Source of the DNA: Candidatus Cloacimonadota bacterium
GTDB taxonomy: Bacteria > Cloacimonadota > Cloacimonadia > JGIOTU-2
Assembly (NCBI GenBank): GCA_049903315.1
Contig: JBNGBT010000007.1
Span: forward strand, 360 to 64,359
Length of the DNA stretch: 64,000 nt
Direction of reading: 5' to 3'
The notes under the pieces are model-generated. The model worked only from the letters and a program-made list of their open reading frames with translations, did not search any database and had not been told where the DNA came from. Below are positions 48,686 through 59,225 of the stretch, one piece after another. Made by a program: the position numbers and the translations under genes. How positions within the stretch are numbered: the first letter of the stretch is position 1; the number at the start of each line of letters is the position of its first letter.

Positions 48686-49630
48686 TTAAAACCATTTCCG
48701 TTTTATAAAAATTATCACACCCACCAATGCAAGCAATACCGATGCTACCATTAAGATCGCAAATGCGTGTGCAGATCGGGCAAAAGGAAGGGCAATATTC
48801 ATTCCATAAATGCTTGATATGAGAGTGGGAAGCATGAGTATAATTGTGACTGAAGTAAGGAACTTCATTACTTTATTCAGGTTATTGGAAATCATCGAAG
48901 CAAATGCATCCATGGTACTTCGCAGAATATTTGCATGGATCGAGGTCATTTCCAGCGCCTGCTTATTATCAATGATCATATCTTCGAGAAGATCAGCATC
49001 TTCTTCAAATTTGGTGAAAGTACCTACGCGTGACAGCTTCTCCATGACAGATTCGTTTGATCTTAAAGATGTGGCAAAATACACCAAACTTTTCTGCAAG
49101 TCCAGCAGATCCATGAGGCGTTCATTATTCATTGAATCCTCGAGTTGATCTTCAATAGCATTGGATATTTTGTTGATTCTTTTGAGATAGTTTAAATAAA
49201 CCGTTGCAGTTCGCGACAAGATCTGAAGTATCAAGCGGTTTCTCTTCGCAATGGAAAAATTTTTCACCCTTCCTTTGACAAAGTTTTGAAGTACATCATC
49301 ATCCTTTGAAGAAACTGTAATGATGCATTTTTCCGTGAGTATTATCCCTAAAGGAAAGGTAATAAATTGGATCGCAGCTTCTTCATCATCCTGGAAATAG
49401 GGGGTCTGGATAATAAGCAGTCTTTTTCCATCTTCAAGCTCCATACGGGGACTCTCATTTTCGTCGAGAGGATCTTCGATGAAATCTTTAGGAATATCAA
49501 AAGTTGTAGTTATCATCTCGATCTCTTCCTGTGTAGGGGAGACAAGATATACCCAGATATTTTCTTCGAGAAGATCGTACTGTTCTTTCTCAGTAAATTT
49601 TCCATCTACAGTTTTAAATACTTTTATCAT
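48686..49630 (-). CDS. corA: CorA Mg2+/Co2+ transporter
   Basis: SNNLNKVMKFLT, IYGMN motif, 2 C-terminal TMs. Confidence 0.93.
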   Translation of the reverse strand: MIKVFKTVDGKFTEKEQYDLLEENIWVYLVSPTQEEIEMITTTFDIPKDFIEDPLDENESPRMELEDGKRLLIIQTPYFQDDEEAAIQFITFPLGIILTEKCIITVSSKDDDVLQNFVKGRVKNFSIAKRNRLILQILSRTATVYLNYLKRINKISNAIEDQLEDSMNNERLMDLLDLQKSLVYFATSLRSNESVMEKLSRVGTFTKFEEDADLLEDMIIDNKQALEMTSIHANILRSTMDAFASMISNNLNKVMKFLTSVTIILMLPTLISSIYGMNIALPFARSAHAFAILMVASVLLALVGVIIFIKRKWF

Positions 49631-49737
49631 ATTGACCTACCAAAACCTAGGTTATGAAGAAATCAGAATGAGTGGTTTTCGTTGTCAAGGAAATGAAAGA
49701 TGGCACACCGTTAACTATTAATACTGAGCCAATTTAA

Positions 49738-49765
49738 ACCACCGAGAACACAGAGAATCACAGAG
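49738..49765 (+). repeat. 9-nt periodic (c/a)ACAGAG repeat
   Basis: accaccgag-aacacagag-aatcacagag; related copies at 164-190, 11271-11297 and (minus strand, interrupted) 60571-60628. Confidence 0.75.
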
Positions 49766-49829
49766 AAAGTCTAATGAAAAACATTTTCAATCCTCTTGCT
49801 TTCATTTCCTCTCCTTGCCAAAGAGAGGT

Positions 49830-52181
49830 TTATGGTGAGGTTAGTTTCACTATCTTCCTCACAACCGCAGTATCTTCAAACTCAAGTGAACAAAAATACA
49901 CTCCTGGTGCAGTGATGTTCCCATCCATATCCTTGCCATACCACACTATTTCATTTATTGCCCAGAAATGCTCATCTGGTCCGTAAAACCTTCGTACAAG
50001 CTGTCCTCGAGAATTGTAGATTGAAACCTGGTATTCTCTCACTCTGTCATAATCCAATGATGTAAAAGAAATTGTTGTTTGATCTTTGAAAGGATTTGGG
50101 GTGTTCTTAAAGAAATACAGGTTATTTACCACATTCGTATCTGGATCTACACTGTATCCCTGCCATTCCAGAGCTCCCATGTCGATTCTTCCTCCATAAA
50201 TACGAGGATTTCCTGCAACATCCACCCAGGGAAGATGCAATCCGGTTGTATCCGGTGTGCCTGCATCGATACAGGGAGAAGTGCTCGATAAATAATAAGG
50301 ATAATCTCCCGTACCTGTAAACTGTGGATAATCATCGATATTTCCGTCCAGCCAGTTTACGATATTAGCATTGTGCTCATTCCAAACACCATCTTCTCCA
50401 TTTTTAATATCATTGTATTGAAGATTGAGTGTTGATATGATCCCATAATTGGATAAATCCCACACAAATATCTCAGCAGGTGTATTGTCGTTCCACATAA
50501 TATTATTAGATATCTCGACATTTCCTCCTACAGTTAAAGCTGCTCTTTGTGCCTCATTCCCAGAAAAAGTATTATTGGTGATGAAAACATCTCCCATTGG
50601 ATCGGTCGATGAACACGACATAATAGACACCGACGGTGTTGAATTATTAGAAATAACTGAATTTCTTACTTCTAATGTAGGATTGCAGAATTGGTCATAA
50701 CTGAGTATAAACAAAGTAATATCTGCATTATTATTACTATTATTATCGAAAATACAATTTTTTATTTTTCCATATTCATGTGCATTTATCTTTAAGATAA
50801 ATGAAAAAACACCATGCGAATAGTTATTCGAAAAAACACAATTTTCTATCTTCGCATTATATTTCCAATGTAATATACTATTTACCCAATTGGTTTGAAT
50901 ATTATTAAACAACAAATTTTTATATAATACTGAATCAGAGTAATTTATATAAAAAATGCTTCCATTTTCGCATATTATATCATTAAACTTTAAATTCTCA
51001 AACTTATAATTTTTATTTTTTCCCTTTGAGGAATAAATTACATTATTGATAGTACATTCTGCCCAAAAAGTAAAATTTATAATACTTATATTTTTTTTCA
51101 TATTTGTAGAAAAGACCGTTGTCGAAAAAAAATCATCGTCATGTATAATCTTCGTATCGATATTCTCACCAATGAGTGATGTATTGCTTTTCATAGATAT
51201 CGGAAATAACTGGTCATTAATAATTTTTGAATAAATCCCTTCTGCCACATGAACCACCTTCGGACTTAAGCTGTCATTTGCAATTCGATAGGTCGCCAAT
51301 GCAATAGTTTTTAAAGGATCATCTGGTGACAATCCGCTGTTATTGTCATCACCGTCTGGGGCAACATACAAATCGTGGTTTATCTCTTCCATCCATACGT
51401 TTTGAATATCAAATAAAAATTCACCCGAATATCCATAATTACAAATGTATTCTGCAAAATATCCATCTGGATTAAATACAGTAAATGTATCTACAAAAAC
51501 ATGCACTTTACATGAATCATACGCATACATATCCTGTCCTAAACCAGCATGATTATTATAGAAATTGCATAAGTTATTAGGATCAAAAATAGGTTTAGCA
51601 GAAAAATCAAATATTCCCCCCCCAACGTTTGCATAATTTTGCCTCATTGTTACGCCAGATAAATAGATTGGAAATATGTTGTGAGGAACACCGCCAGCAA
51701 ATATCCCACCTCCTTCACATGCAATATTTTCTTTTATTATACAATTAATTACATTCAGTTCAGTATCATCCGCATACCAATTTGATACCAGTATACCCCC
51801 TCCTCTTGAGAAATATATTGGCCATACTGTTCCTTTACCATTAGTAATAGTAAATCCTTGTATTACTGCATTCTCATTGTTTAATACTGTTACACAACTC
51901 CCTGATCGGTCTCCATCGATTATTGTCGAATCAATAAATACCTTATTTCTAGTTGTGAGTTCTAAACTCGCTAATGTAATACTATGCCCGTTAAAATTTA
52001 CATTCTCGATATATCTCCCGGGATATACTAAAACAACATCTCCATCTACAGAATTGTCTATTCCATCCTGAATAGTTAAATAATCCCCTGTACCGTCAAT
52101 ATCGACGGTTATTGTATCTGAATATATATCTGAGAGTATAAGAATTATAAGTAATATTTGTAGTAATATTATTTTTTTCAT
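49830..52181 (-). CDS. Secreted parallel beta-helix (DUF1565-like) protein with FlgD-Ig CTD
   Basis: GDYLTIQDGID, LYVAPDGDDNNSGLS...PLKTI, SPCIDAG...RIDMGALE, TPNPF CTD. Confidence 0.8.
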   Translation of the reverse strand: MKKIILLQILLIILILSDIYSDTITVDIDGTGDYLTIQDGIDNSVDGDVVLVYPGRYIENVNFNGHSITLASLELTTRNKVFIDSTIIDGDRSGSCVTVLNNENAVIQGFTITNGKGTVWPIYFSRGGGILVSNWYADDTELNVINCIIKENIACEGGGIFAGGVPHNIFPIYLSGVTMRQNYANVGGGIFDFSAKPIFDPNNLCNFYNNHAGLGQDMYAYDSCKVHVFVDTFTVFNPDGYFAEYICNYGYSGEFLFDIQNVWMEEINHDLYVAPDGDDNNSGLSPDDPLKTIALATYRIANDSLSPKVVHVAEGIYSKIINDQLFPISMKSNTSLIGENIDTKIIHDDDFFSTTVFSTNMKKNISIINFTFWAECTINNVIYSSKGKNKNYKFENLKFNDIICENGSIFYINYSDSVLYKNLLFNNIQTNWVNSILHWKYNAKIENCVFSNNYSHGVFSFILKINAHEYGKIKNCIFDNNSNNNADITLFILSYDQFCNPTLEVRNSVISNNSTPSVSIMSCSSTDPMGDVFITNNTFSGNEAQRAALTVGGNVEISNNIMWNDNTPAEIFVWDLSNYGIISTLNLQYNDIKNGEDGVWNEHNANIVNWLDGNIDDYPQFTGTGDYPYYLSSTSPCIDAGTPDTTGLHLPWVDVAGNPRIYGGRIDMGALEWQGYSVDPDTNVVNNLYFFKNTPNPFKDQTTISFTSLDYDRVREYQVSIYNSRGQLVRRFYGPDEHFWAINEIVWYGKDMDGNITAPGVYFCSLEFEDTAVVRKIVKLTSP

Positions 52182-52199
52182 TACGATCCTTTTTTATAA

Positions 52200-52227
52200 A
52201 GGGTGCACCACACAAGTGATGCACCCT
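52200..52227. terminator. Intergenic hairpin (terminator or stabiliser)
   Basis: agggtgca-ccacacaagtga-tgcaccct; no U-run on the transcribed strand. Confidence 0.5.
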
Positions 52228-52238
52228 CACTGTTTGTG

Positions 52239-54986
52239 CTATCTCATCAACAGCAGCTTTTTAACAATATCTTTTTCGGAAGTAGATAATTTGTAGAAAT
52301 ATACTCCATTTGGTACGAGTTTTCCCTGTTCGTCTGTTCCATTCCATGTAACTGAATGAATTCCGCTTGATTGCTCGCCATCCTTAAGTGAGGTAACGTA
52401 TTGACCTTTACAGTTATAGATCGATAGATTAATCTTGACCTGATCCGGTAATGAATACTTTATCGTAACGTTATTACATACGGGATTGGGAAAATTCATA
52501 ATTTTGTAATCAGGGGGAGTAAATGAATGTTCTCCATTTGTAAGAGAAACCATATAATAATCTTTTACTCCGTCTATATGAACAGTTCCTTGATGTAACT
52601 CCATTGAGACCGGATCGTAGGTGTAGTAATCCACTACTTTTATATTTCCTGCTTTACCACCATAATACATTTCGAATGTCATATCTCCTGAAGTGCCGTC
52701 ATTCATGTATGCACGGATATCCATCTCATCATTGGTTACAATTTCCGCTCCCTTGCATACATCATCTATATATACCGCTACTTCAAGAGGTAGCTCTTCA
52801 GGATCGAGTTCAACGTAGATGGGTATATAGTCCGCTTTCTCTTCAAAATCGAAATTCTGTGCTTTTCCTCTCTCTTCAGGAGGTTCGCCTCCACCCGTAT
52901 AACTCCATACAAAATCTTCATCTTCAAAGCATTTTACTACAACACAATCTCCATAATTCAGAACTCTTCTATCTTGAGGTCTCACCCAGGGGCTTTCCGG
53001 TTCAGGTTCTTCTCTCTGGTATGTCCAATTTTGCGTCTGTATGAAGTACATATTATCTATTGAGTTCTCAAAAGCGTCATTGACATCCTGTGTTTCGTCG
53101 ATGAAATACCCGATCCAATTTTCGAGATTGTCTGCCACTAAAGGTATTTCAGTATCAGGATCTGCCAGAAATCCGGGCACATCGATCGTGACTGGCTCTT
53201 CATTCAGCATCTTGAATTTGTAACCCTGTCTGCTGGTGAAAATATGTTCTTTATTTTCCCAATCTCCCTGATAATAATAAATCATATTTAAATCCTCAGG
53301 ATCTCCAACGGTTCGCCAAAAACAGGTATCAAGATTTGTTTGAGCAGGATTTATTATATCATACAATAAATATTGAGCCATATCCCCAACATAATCTTTT
53401 GCATCGGTCAGTGTGTCGAGTACAGGATAACACATCCACCGCCATTCATAGCCATATATTGGCAGATCCCAATCATTCCATTGGTGTGTAATTGCAGGAA
53501 GAGCGCCCATGTCAGAGGGGGTTCCATCGGTATCGTTGTATAAGGAATCAGGATTGCCGGTATCTATGCACGGAGAAAAACCGTTCACATCCCATTTCAA
53601 TGAATAGTCACTACTGTCTGGTTTGTTGAATTTAGGATTCACTTCTAGACATCCATCACCTTCAATAACTCCAGAATAGTTATTAGAATCATTTCCATGG
53701 GAATTACAATATATTACTTCAATTTGCGTTTCACTTACAATTCCCGTTTCATTATTAGCTACAATATTATTAAAGATAATATCATTATTATTCCCAGAAG
53801 TTGAGCAAATATAAATTCCAGATTCATTTTCATTATTCACTATTGTGTTGTTTATTACTTCAATATCAGTAACATTATAACCTAAACAAATAGCACCACC
53901 ATCATCTCCTGAACCATCCATAATAATATTATTACTAATTACTACTTCATCGCATTCTACTCCAATGGCACTTGCATAAGAAAAAGTAGATGATCCGGCT
54001 CCCATTGTATTACCAATAAATTCATTTCCTATTATTTCTGCTCCTTCATACCATCTAATTGTTACAGCTCCACCAGTTTCCGATGAGTTATCTTCAAATA
54101 GATTGCTGTGAATGTATCCACCATCTAATATTGCTCCGCTATAACCTCCCCAATCTATTTCATCATCTACTGCAGTAGATGAACATCGTCTTACTGTGTT
54201 ACACTCGATTGACGAACCACCGTATATTCCAGCACCTCCCCAACCTTCTGTTTCACAATCTTCTATAGTATTTTCATACACAATGGCTTGAACTGCATAT
54301 ATCCCCCCACCTTCATTGGCAGAACAATCAGAAATTGTATTATAGCTTATGGTCATATCCTCATGTGTAGCCCAAATACCGCCACCTTTCCCAAAGTAAT
54401 TATTTTGGGTTGATGTGCAATGCTCGATAGTGTTGTGTGAAATTAATCCGGGGGAATCGATTGATATACCTCCTCCATTGCGATATTGTTCAGTACAATA
54501 ACAACTATCAATATCATTATATGTGATAAGACAGTAATCGCAGTCATTGATAAATATACCGTGACTATTACAGTTTTTTATTACATTATTATAAATCAAT
54601 AAACCTGAACTTTCTGTACATAATATTCCAATATTAAAGTTATTTAAAGTAAAACCAATTATCTTATCCTGAGGATATTCAGTCTCAGCTTCATCTAGAT
54701 CAAAAGCAGTTTCGGTTCCGGTACCTTGTATTATACAACTATCAGCTCCATTCTGAGATGTAACTGTAATATTTTTCTCTGTTCCATCCCAGTATAGGTT
54801 TATGTTATTAGCACCAGTATATATTCCGTCCTTAACAAGAACGATGTCACCATCATCTGCTGCATTTATACCAGCTTGTATTGTGAGATAATCTCCACCG
54901 CCATTGCAATCTACTACTATTGTATCAGTAAATCCTAATGCTGATATTAACAGTATAAATACTGCTATCACAATTATTTTTTTCAT
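52239..54986 (-). CDS. Secreted parallel beta-helix protein with FlgD-Ig CTD
   Basis: GDYLTIQAGINAA..GD, GGGI repeats, SPCIDTG.P...D.DGT.SDMGA, NFPNP CTD; AGGAG RBS before 54986. Confidence 0.8.
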   Translation of the reverse strand: MKKIIVIAVFILLISALGFTDTIVVDCNGGGDYLTIQAGINAADDGDIVLVKDGIYTGANNINLYWDGTEKNITVTSQNGADSCIIQGTGTETAFDLDEAETEYPQDKIIGFTLNNFNIGILCTESSGLLIYNNVIKNCNSHGIFINDCDYCLITYNDIDSCYCTEQYRNGGGISIDSPGLISHNTIEHCTSTQNNYFGKGGGIWATHEDMTISYNTISDCSANEGGGIYAVQAIVYENTIEDCETEGWGGAGIYGGSSIECNTVRRCSSTAVDDEIDWGGYSGAILDGGYIHSNLFEDNSSETGGAVTIRWYEGAEIIGNEFIGNTMGAGSSTFSYASAIGVECDEVVISNNIIMDGSGDDGGAICLGYNVTDIEVINNTIVNNENESGIYICSTSGNNNDIIFNNIVANNETGIVSETQIEVIYCNSHGNDSNNYSGVIEGDGCLEVNPKFNKPDSSDYSLKWDVNGFSPCIDTGNPDSLYNDTDGTPSDMGALPAITHQWNDWDLPIYGYEWRWMCYPVLDTLTDAKDYVGDMAQYLLYDIINPAQTNLDTCFWRTVGDPEDLNMIYYYQGDWENKEHIFTSRQGYKFKMLNEEPVTIDVPGFLADPDTEIPLVADNLENWIGYFIDETQDVNDAFENSIDNMYFIQTQNWTYQREEPEPESPWVRPQDRRVLNYGDCVVVKCFEDEDFVWSYTGGGEPPEERGKAQNFDFEEKADYIPIYVELDPEELPLEVAVYIDDVCKGAEIVTNDEMDIRAYMNDGTSGDMTFEMYYGGKAGNIKVVDYYTYDPVSMELHQGTVHIDGVKDYYMVSLTNGEHSFTPPDYKIMNFPNPVCNNVTIKYSLPDQVKINLSIYNCKGQYVTSLKDGEQSSGIHSVTWNGTDEQGKLVPNGVYFYKLSTSEKDIVKKLLLMR

Positions 54987-55235
54987 TATTCTCCTTATTT
55001 TCTGTGAACACATTAACTCTCAAAAGAGAAGCCCATAATTATTATCCCTAACATCATAATCAGCCCAGTCTGCGAAAGCAACTCTCATATTCCGATAACC
55101 TCACTATTCCCGGGAAACGGAATAGTAAGGTAGGAATTAAGGAATTTATTTTTCCCGAGAATTGATAATGTTGTATTTGTGTTGTATTTTGCCTTATTAA
55201 AATATGCCAAATTGTAGTAACTTGCATAATATATG

Positions 55236-55310
55236 TCAGTTACTAAATTCAAATGGGGGGGGGGTAAGTCCTCCCAAAATATTCTTCCAATTTTCTTTCG
55301 TTGCCATCAT
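55236..55310 (-). CDS. Putative 24-aa leader peptide containing a C10 tract
   Basis: MMATKENWKNILGGLTPPPFEFSN*; AGGA upstream; TTGACA at 55357-55352. Confidence 0.4.
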   Translation of the reverse strand: MMATKENWKNILGGLTPPPFEFSN

Positions 55311-55462
55311 ATTTTTTCCTTTGGATTGAATTGTTGAAAATAATTTATAGGTGTCAAATTTTTTGGAAAAATTCACTTCTCATCAGTTTTCTTGACGAGT
55401 AAAAGGCTACTAAATTTTTAGTGAATATAGCGTTTTATGCTAATAATAGCTGCTGAGGATAC

Positions 55463-57685
55463 ATGAATCTGGAAATCACAGATAAACTCGTAAAAGAACA
55501 TGGTCTTTCAAAAGAAGAGCACACACGCATCCTATCGATTTTAGGACGAGATCCCACAATAACTGAACTCGGAATTTTCTCTGTTATGTGGTCTGAACAC
55601 GCCAGTTACAAGAATTCAATTCTACAACTGAAAACTCTTCCGCGATCCGGTGAGTGTCTTCTTAAAGATGCAGGTGAAGAGAATGCCGGTGTGGTCGATA
55701 TTGGAGACGGGCTTGCCGTTGCGTTCAAGATCGAGAGTCATAATCATCCTTCTGCACTGGAGCCATACCAGGGTGCAGCAACGGGAGTTGGAGGTATTCT
55801 CAGGGATGTTTTTACCATGGGTGCGCGTCCAATTGCATCGTTGAATTCACTTCGCTTCGGTTCGCTGGATAATCCTCATGTAAAGCATCTTCTCAAAGGT
55901 GTGGTAAAAGGTATTGCAGATTATGGCAACTGCATGGGCATTCCAACGGTTGCCGGAGAAATTTATTTCGACGACAGCTATGAAGGAAATCCGCTTGTAA
56001 ATGCGATGACAGTCGGGACTATCAAGCATGAACATATTGCGACAGCTGCTGCGTACGGTGTGGGAAATTACGTCCTGTATGTCGGATCATCAACAGGAAG
56101 AGACGGCATTCATGGCGCAACGTTTGCATCGGTCGAACTGACTGAGGAATCTGCAGAAAAGCGAACTTCCGTGCAGGTAGGGGATCCGTTCATGGAAAAA
56201 CTTCTCCTCGAAGCCACCCTCGATGTGATCAAGCAAAACCTCGTTGTGGGCATACAGGATATGGGAGCTGCCGGATTGACCTGTTCGTCATCGGAAATGG
56301 CTGCCAAAGCAGGAACCGGAGTGGATATCGATGTCTCACTCGTGCCCAAAAGAGAAAAGGGAATGACACCTTATGAGATCATGCTCTCGGAATCACAGGA
56401 GCGCATGCTGTTGGTTATCGAACCTCAAAACTTCAAGAAAGTTCAAGAAATATATGAGAAATGGGATCTGCATGTCGTGAAGATCGGCGAAGTGACTGAG
56501 AATGGAAATCTGCGTGTGCGCGAAAATGGCATTATTGTTGCTGATATACCAGCCCAAACACTTGTACTCGGTGGTGAAGCTCCGGTTTATAACCGAGAAG
56601 TGCAATATCCATCATATCTGGATTCTCTCCATTCCTTTGATCAAGCAAAAATCAAGGAACCATCGGATTATAACGAAGTTTTAAAACGACTTATTTCATC
56701 ACCGAATATTGCAAGCAAAAATTATGTTTACACACAGTACGATCATATGGTGAGGATAAATTCAGTGATCGAACCTGGTTCAGATGCGGCAGTTGTAAGA
56801 ATAAAAGTTACAAACAAAGCACTTGCAATGACCACAGATTGCAATGGAAAATATTGTTATCTCGATCCTTATGAAGGAACAAAGGGAGCTGTTGCAGAAG
56901 CAGCACGGAATATTGTATGCTCAGGTGGAAAACCTCTTGCCATTACGAATTGCCTGAATTTTGGAAACCCCTATAAAAAGGATGTTTATTGGTATTTTTC
57001 AGAATGTATCCGCGGCATGGGGGATGCATGCAGATTTTTCAAAACGCCGGTAACAGGTGGTAATGTCAGTTTCTACAATGAAACTGTGAAGAGCGCCGTG
57101 TATCCAACACCGGTTATTGGCATGATCGGACTTCTTGATGATGTAAAATACGCGACATCTCAATATTTTAAGGATACGGGAGATGTGATCTTTCTCTTGG
57201 GAAAATCCTGTGATATTATTAGCGGATCAGAATATCTGGAAGTTGAGCATCATATGATCGTCGGACATGCACCTAAAGTAGATTTCGAATTGGAACAAAA
57301 AATCCAGGATATTTGTTATGAAGCTATTCGAGAAGGAATCGTAAAATCTGCGCATGATTGTTCTGAAGGTGGACTTGCAGTTGCTTTAGCCGAATCCTGT
57401 TTTAATCCGGATGGATTACTTGGAGCTCATATCAATATGGAATTCGTGAATCGCACCGATTTCGGACTTTTTGGCGAATCTCACTCGCGAATTATCGTGT
57501 CTGTCGAAGAAAAAGATATTCCTTCCTTTGTTCGAATAATTAAAAAACATGATGCTCCTTATAAACTCCTAGGAAAAGTTACTGATAAGAAATTTCAAAT
57601 AAATGACCTTATATCGTCTGATACCAATGAGTTATATGAGCTATGGCACAATGCCATTCGACTAAAAATGGAGTCAGTTACATGA
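55463..57685 (+). CDS. purL: FGAM synthase subunit PurL
   Basis: [40 protein letters not shown]. Confidence 0.97.
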   Translation: MNLEITDKLVKEHGLSKEEHTRILSILGRDPTITELGIFSVMWSEHASYKNSILQLKTLPRSGECLLKDAGEENAGVVDIGDGLAVAFKIESHNHPSALEPYQGAATGVGGILRDVFTMGARPIASLNSLRFGSLDNPHVKHLLKGVVKGIADYGNCMGIPTVAGEIYFDDSYEGNPLVNAMTVGTIKHEHIATAAAYGVGNYVLYVGSSTGRDGIHGATFASVELTEESAEKRTSVQVGDPFMEKLLLEATLDVIKQNLVVGIQDMGAAGLTCSSSEMAAKAGTGVDIDVSLVPKREKGMTPYEIMLSESQERMLLVIEPQNFKKVQEIYEKWDLHVVKIGEVTENGNLRVRENGIIVADIPAQTLVLGGEAPVYNREVQYPSYLDSLHSFDQAKIKEPSDYNEVLKRLISSPNIASKNYVYTQYDHMVRINSVIEPGSDAAVVRIKVTNKALAMTTDCNGKYCYLDPYEGTKGAVAEAARNIVCSGGKPLAITNCLNFGNPYKKDVYWYFSECIRGMGDACRFFKTPVTGGNVSFYNETVKSAVYPTPVIGMIGLLDDVKYATSQYFKDTGDVIFLLGKSCDIISGSEYLEVEHHMIVGHAPKVDFELEQKIQDICYEAIREGIVKSAHDCSEGGLAVALAESCFNPDGLLGAHINMEFVNRTDFGLFGESHSRIIVSVEEKDIPSFVRIIKKHDAPYKLLGKVTDKKFQINDLISSDTNELYELWHNAIRLKMESVT

Positions 57686-58521
57686 TACCTTTTCCGGAAA
57701 TAAATCCATCACTCGCAACCATTCCCGAATTCTCGGTTTGGTCTCTTACCATCGGACCTTTCGAAATACGATGGTATGCGCTTATGTACCTAATTTCATT
57801 TGCTATTGGCTATTTCCTTTTGAGAAAACTCTACAAGAAACGGGATATTCACATCAAAAGAACTGATTTTGAAAACCTTTTTTTCTACCTTATGCTCGGA
57901 GTCATTATTGGAGGCAGACTTGGTTATATGCTTTTCTACAATTTCCAGGAAATATTTCGACATCCTCTTGAAATCTTTGCTGTGTGGCATGGGGGGATGT
58001 CATTCCATGGAGGATTGATCGCAGCAATAATTTTCGGGTACTTATTTTGCAGAAAATATCATTATGATTTTTATAAATTAGCTGATCCAACCGTCGTAGT
58101 CGCACCGATCGGGCTTGCGCTTGGAAGACTTGGAAATTTCATCAATGGAGAGCTTTACGGAAGAGCGACCAGTCTTCCGTGGGGTATGCTTTTCCCCGGA
58201 GAAGAGGTTCCGCGACATCCTTCTCAACTCTATGAATTATCCCTTGAAGGCATTTTACTTTTCATCATATTATTTATATTGATTAAAAAGAATGTACGAA
58301 AAGGATTTGTATTCTGGAGCTTCATCTTTTTGTATGGATTATTTAGATTCCTGGTGGAATTTGTTCGCGAACCGGATGCACACCTCGGGCATCTCATTGG
58401 CTTCATGACAATGGGGCAGATTCTGAGTTCACTCATGATGATCGCGGGAATAATCGGCTATATCTCTATTTTTAGGAAAAAACAGGTGCCTGTTATACAA
58501 GAGGATCAAAACAATGAATAA
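57682..58521 (+). CDS. lgt: Prolipoprotein diacylglyceryl transferase
   Basis: [41 protein letters not shown]. Confidence 0.96.
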   Translation: MIPFPEINPSLATIPEFSVWSLTIGPFEIRWYALMYLISFAIGYFLLRKLYKKRDIHIKRTDFENLFFYLMLGVIIGGRLGYMLFYNFQEIFRHPLEIFAVWHGGMSFHGGLIAAIIFGYLFCRKYHYDFYKLADPTVVVAPIGLALGRLGNFINGELYGRATSLPWGMLFPGEEVPRHPSQLYELSLEGILLFIILFILIKKNVRKGFVFWSFIFLYGLFRFLVEFVREPDAHLGHLIGFMTMGQILSSLMMIAGIIGYISIFRKKQVPVIQEDQNNE

Positions 58522-59218
58522 AGTCATTACAGGAGTAGCTGTTATATTTTTTCTTGTTGGCTGCAGTTCCGTGAAATCAGGCAGATACAGCACATTTGAA
58601 ATTCAAAATAAGATCATTGAAAACCTGAATTATTTAAAGGAATGCAAAGCTGAAGGTTTAGCAAATATCAACTATGAGGGTTTTGAAATAAAGACAAATT
58701 TCCTATTGCGGAAAAAGGATTCAAATGTGAGAGTAGATGTCTTCTCAGGTGGTATTTTAGGTCTTTCACCAGCTCCCAAAGCCCAGATCGTTCTTCAGAA
58801 TAATTTCGTGAATGTGTTTATTCCTGACCAGAAACGGCTTACCATAACCCGCTTAATTCCAGTAGATTCGCTTCTTAATGTGCAAAGCATTGCTGCCAGT
58901 CATGATGTCGTTGAGAATTTCGGATATTACATGACCTCCCCTTTCAATGGAGTGTATTACATCTTTGATAAAAAATTTCATCTTGAAGTTGTGCAGATTC
59001 GTGAAATTCGTATCCAGTTCTCAAACTATAAAAAAAATCTTCCATATCACATCACAGTGCTTCAGGATAAAATCGAAATAATCTCGCTTGAGATTGATAA
59101 ATGGGATTTTTCTCATTATCCGGATAGCATCTTTGATTTCGAAGTGCCTAAAGATGTTCAGATCGAAGCAAATGAGATCGATCTGACTATACCGATAGAA
59201 GTAATAGAAGACGAATAG
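58514..59218 (+). CDS. Uncharacterised lipoprotein (possibly LolB/DUF4292-like)
   Basis: Lipobox LVGC; beta-rich sequence. Confidence 0.5.
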   Translation: MNKVITGVAVIFFLVGCSSVKSGRYSTFEIQNKIIENLNYLKECKAEGLANINYEGFEIKTNFLLRKKDSNVRVDVFSGGILGLSPAPKAQIVLQNNFVNVFIPDQKRLTITRLIPVDSLLNVQSIAASHDVVENFGYYMTSPFNGVYYIFDKKFHLEVVQIREIRIQFSNYKKNLPYHITVLQDKIEIISLEIDKWDFSHYPDSIFDFEVPKDVQIEANEIDLTIPIEVIEDE

Positions 59219-59225
59219 AGGATCT

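Noticed and set aside
55060..55130. c-di-GMP riboswitch (GAAA loops)
   Set aside because: The loops are on the non-transcribed strand and the consensus core is missing
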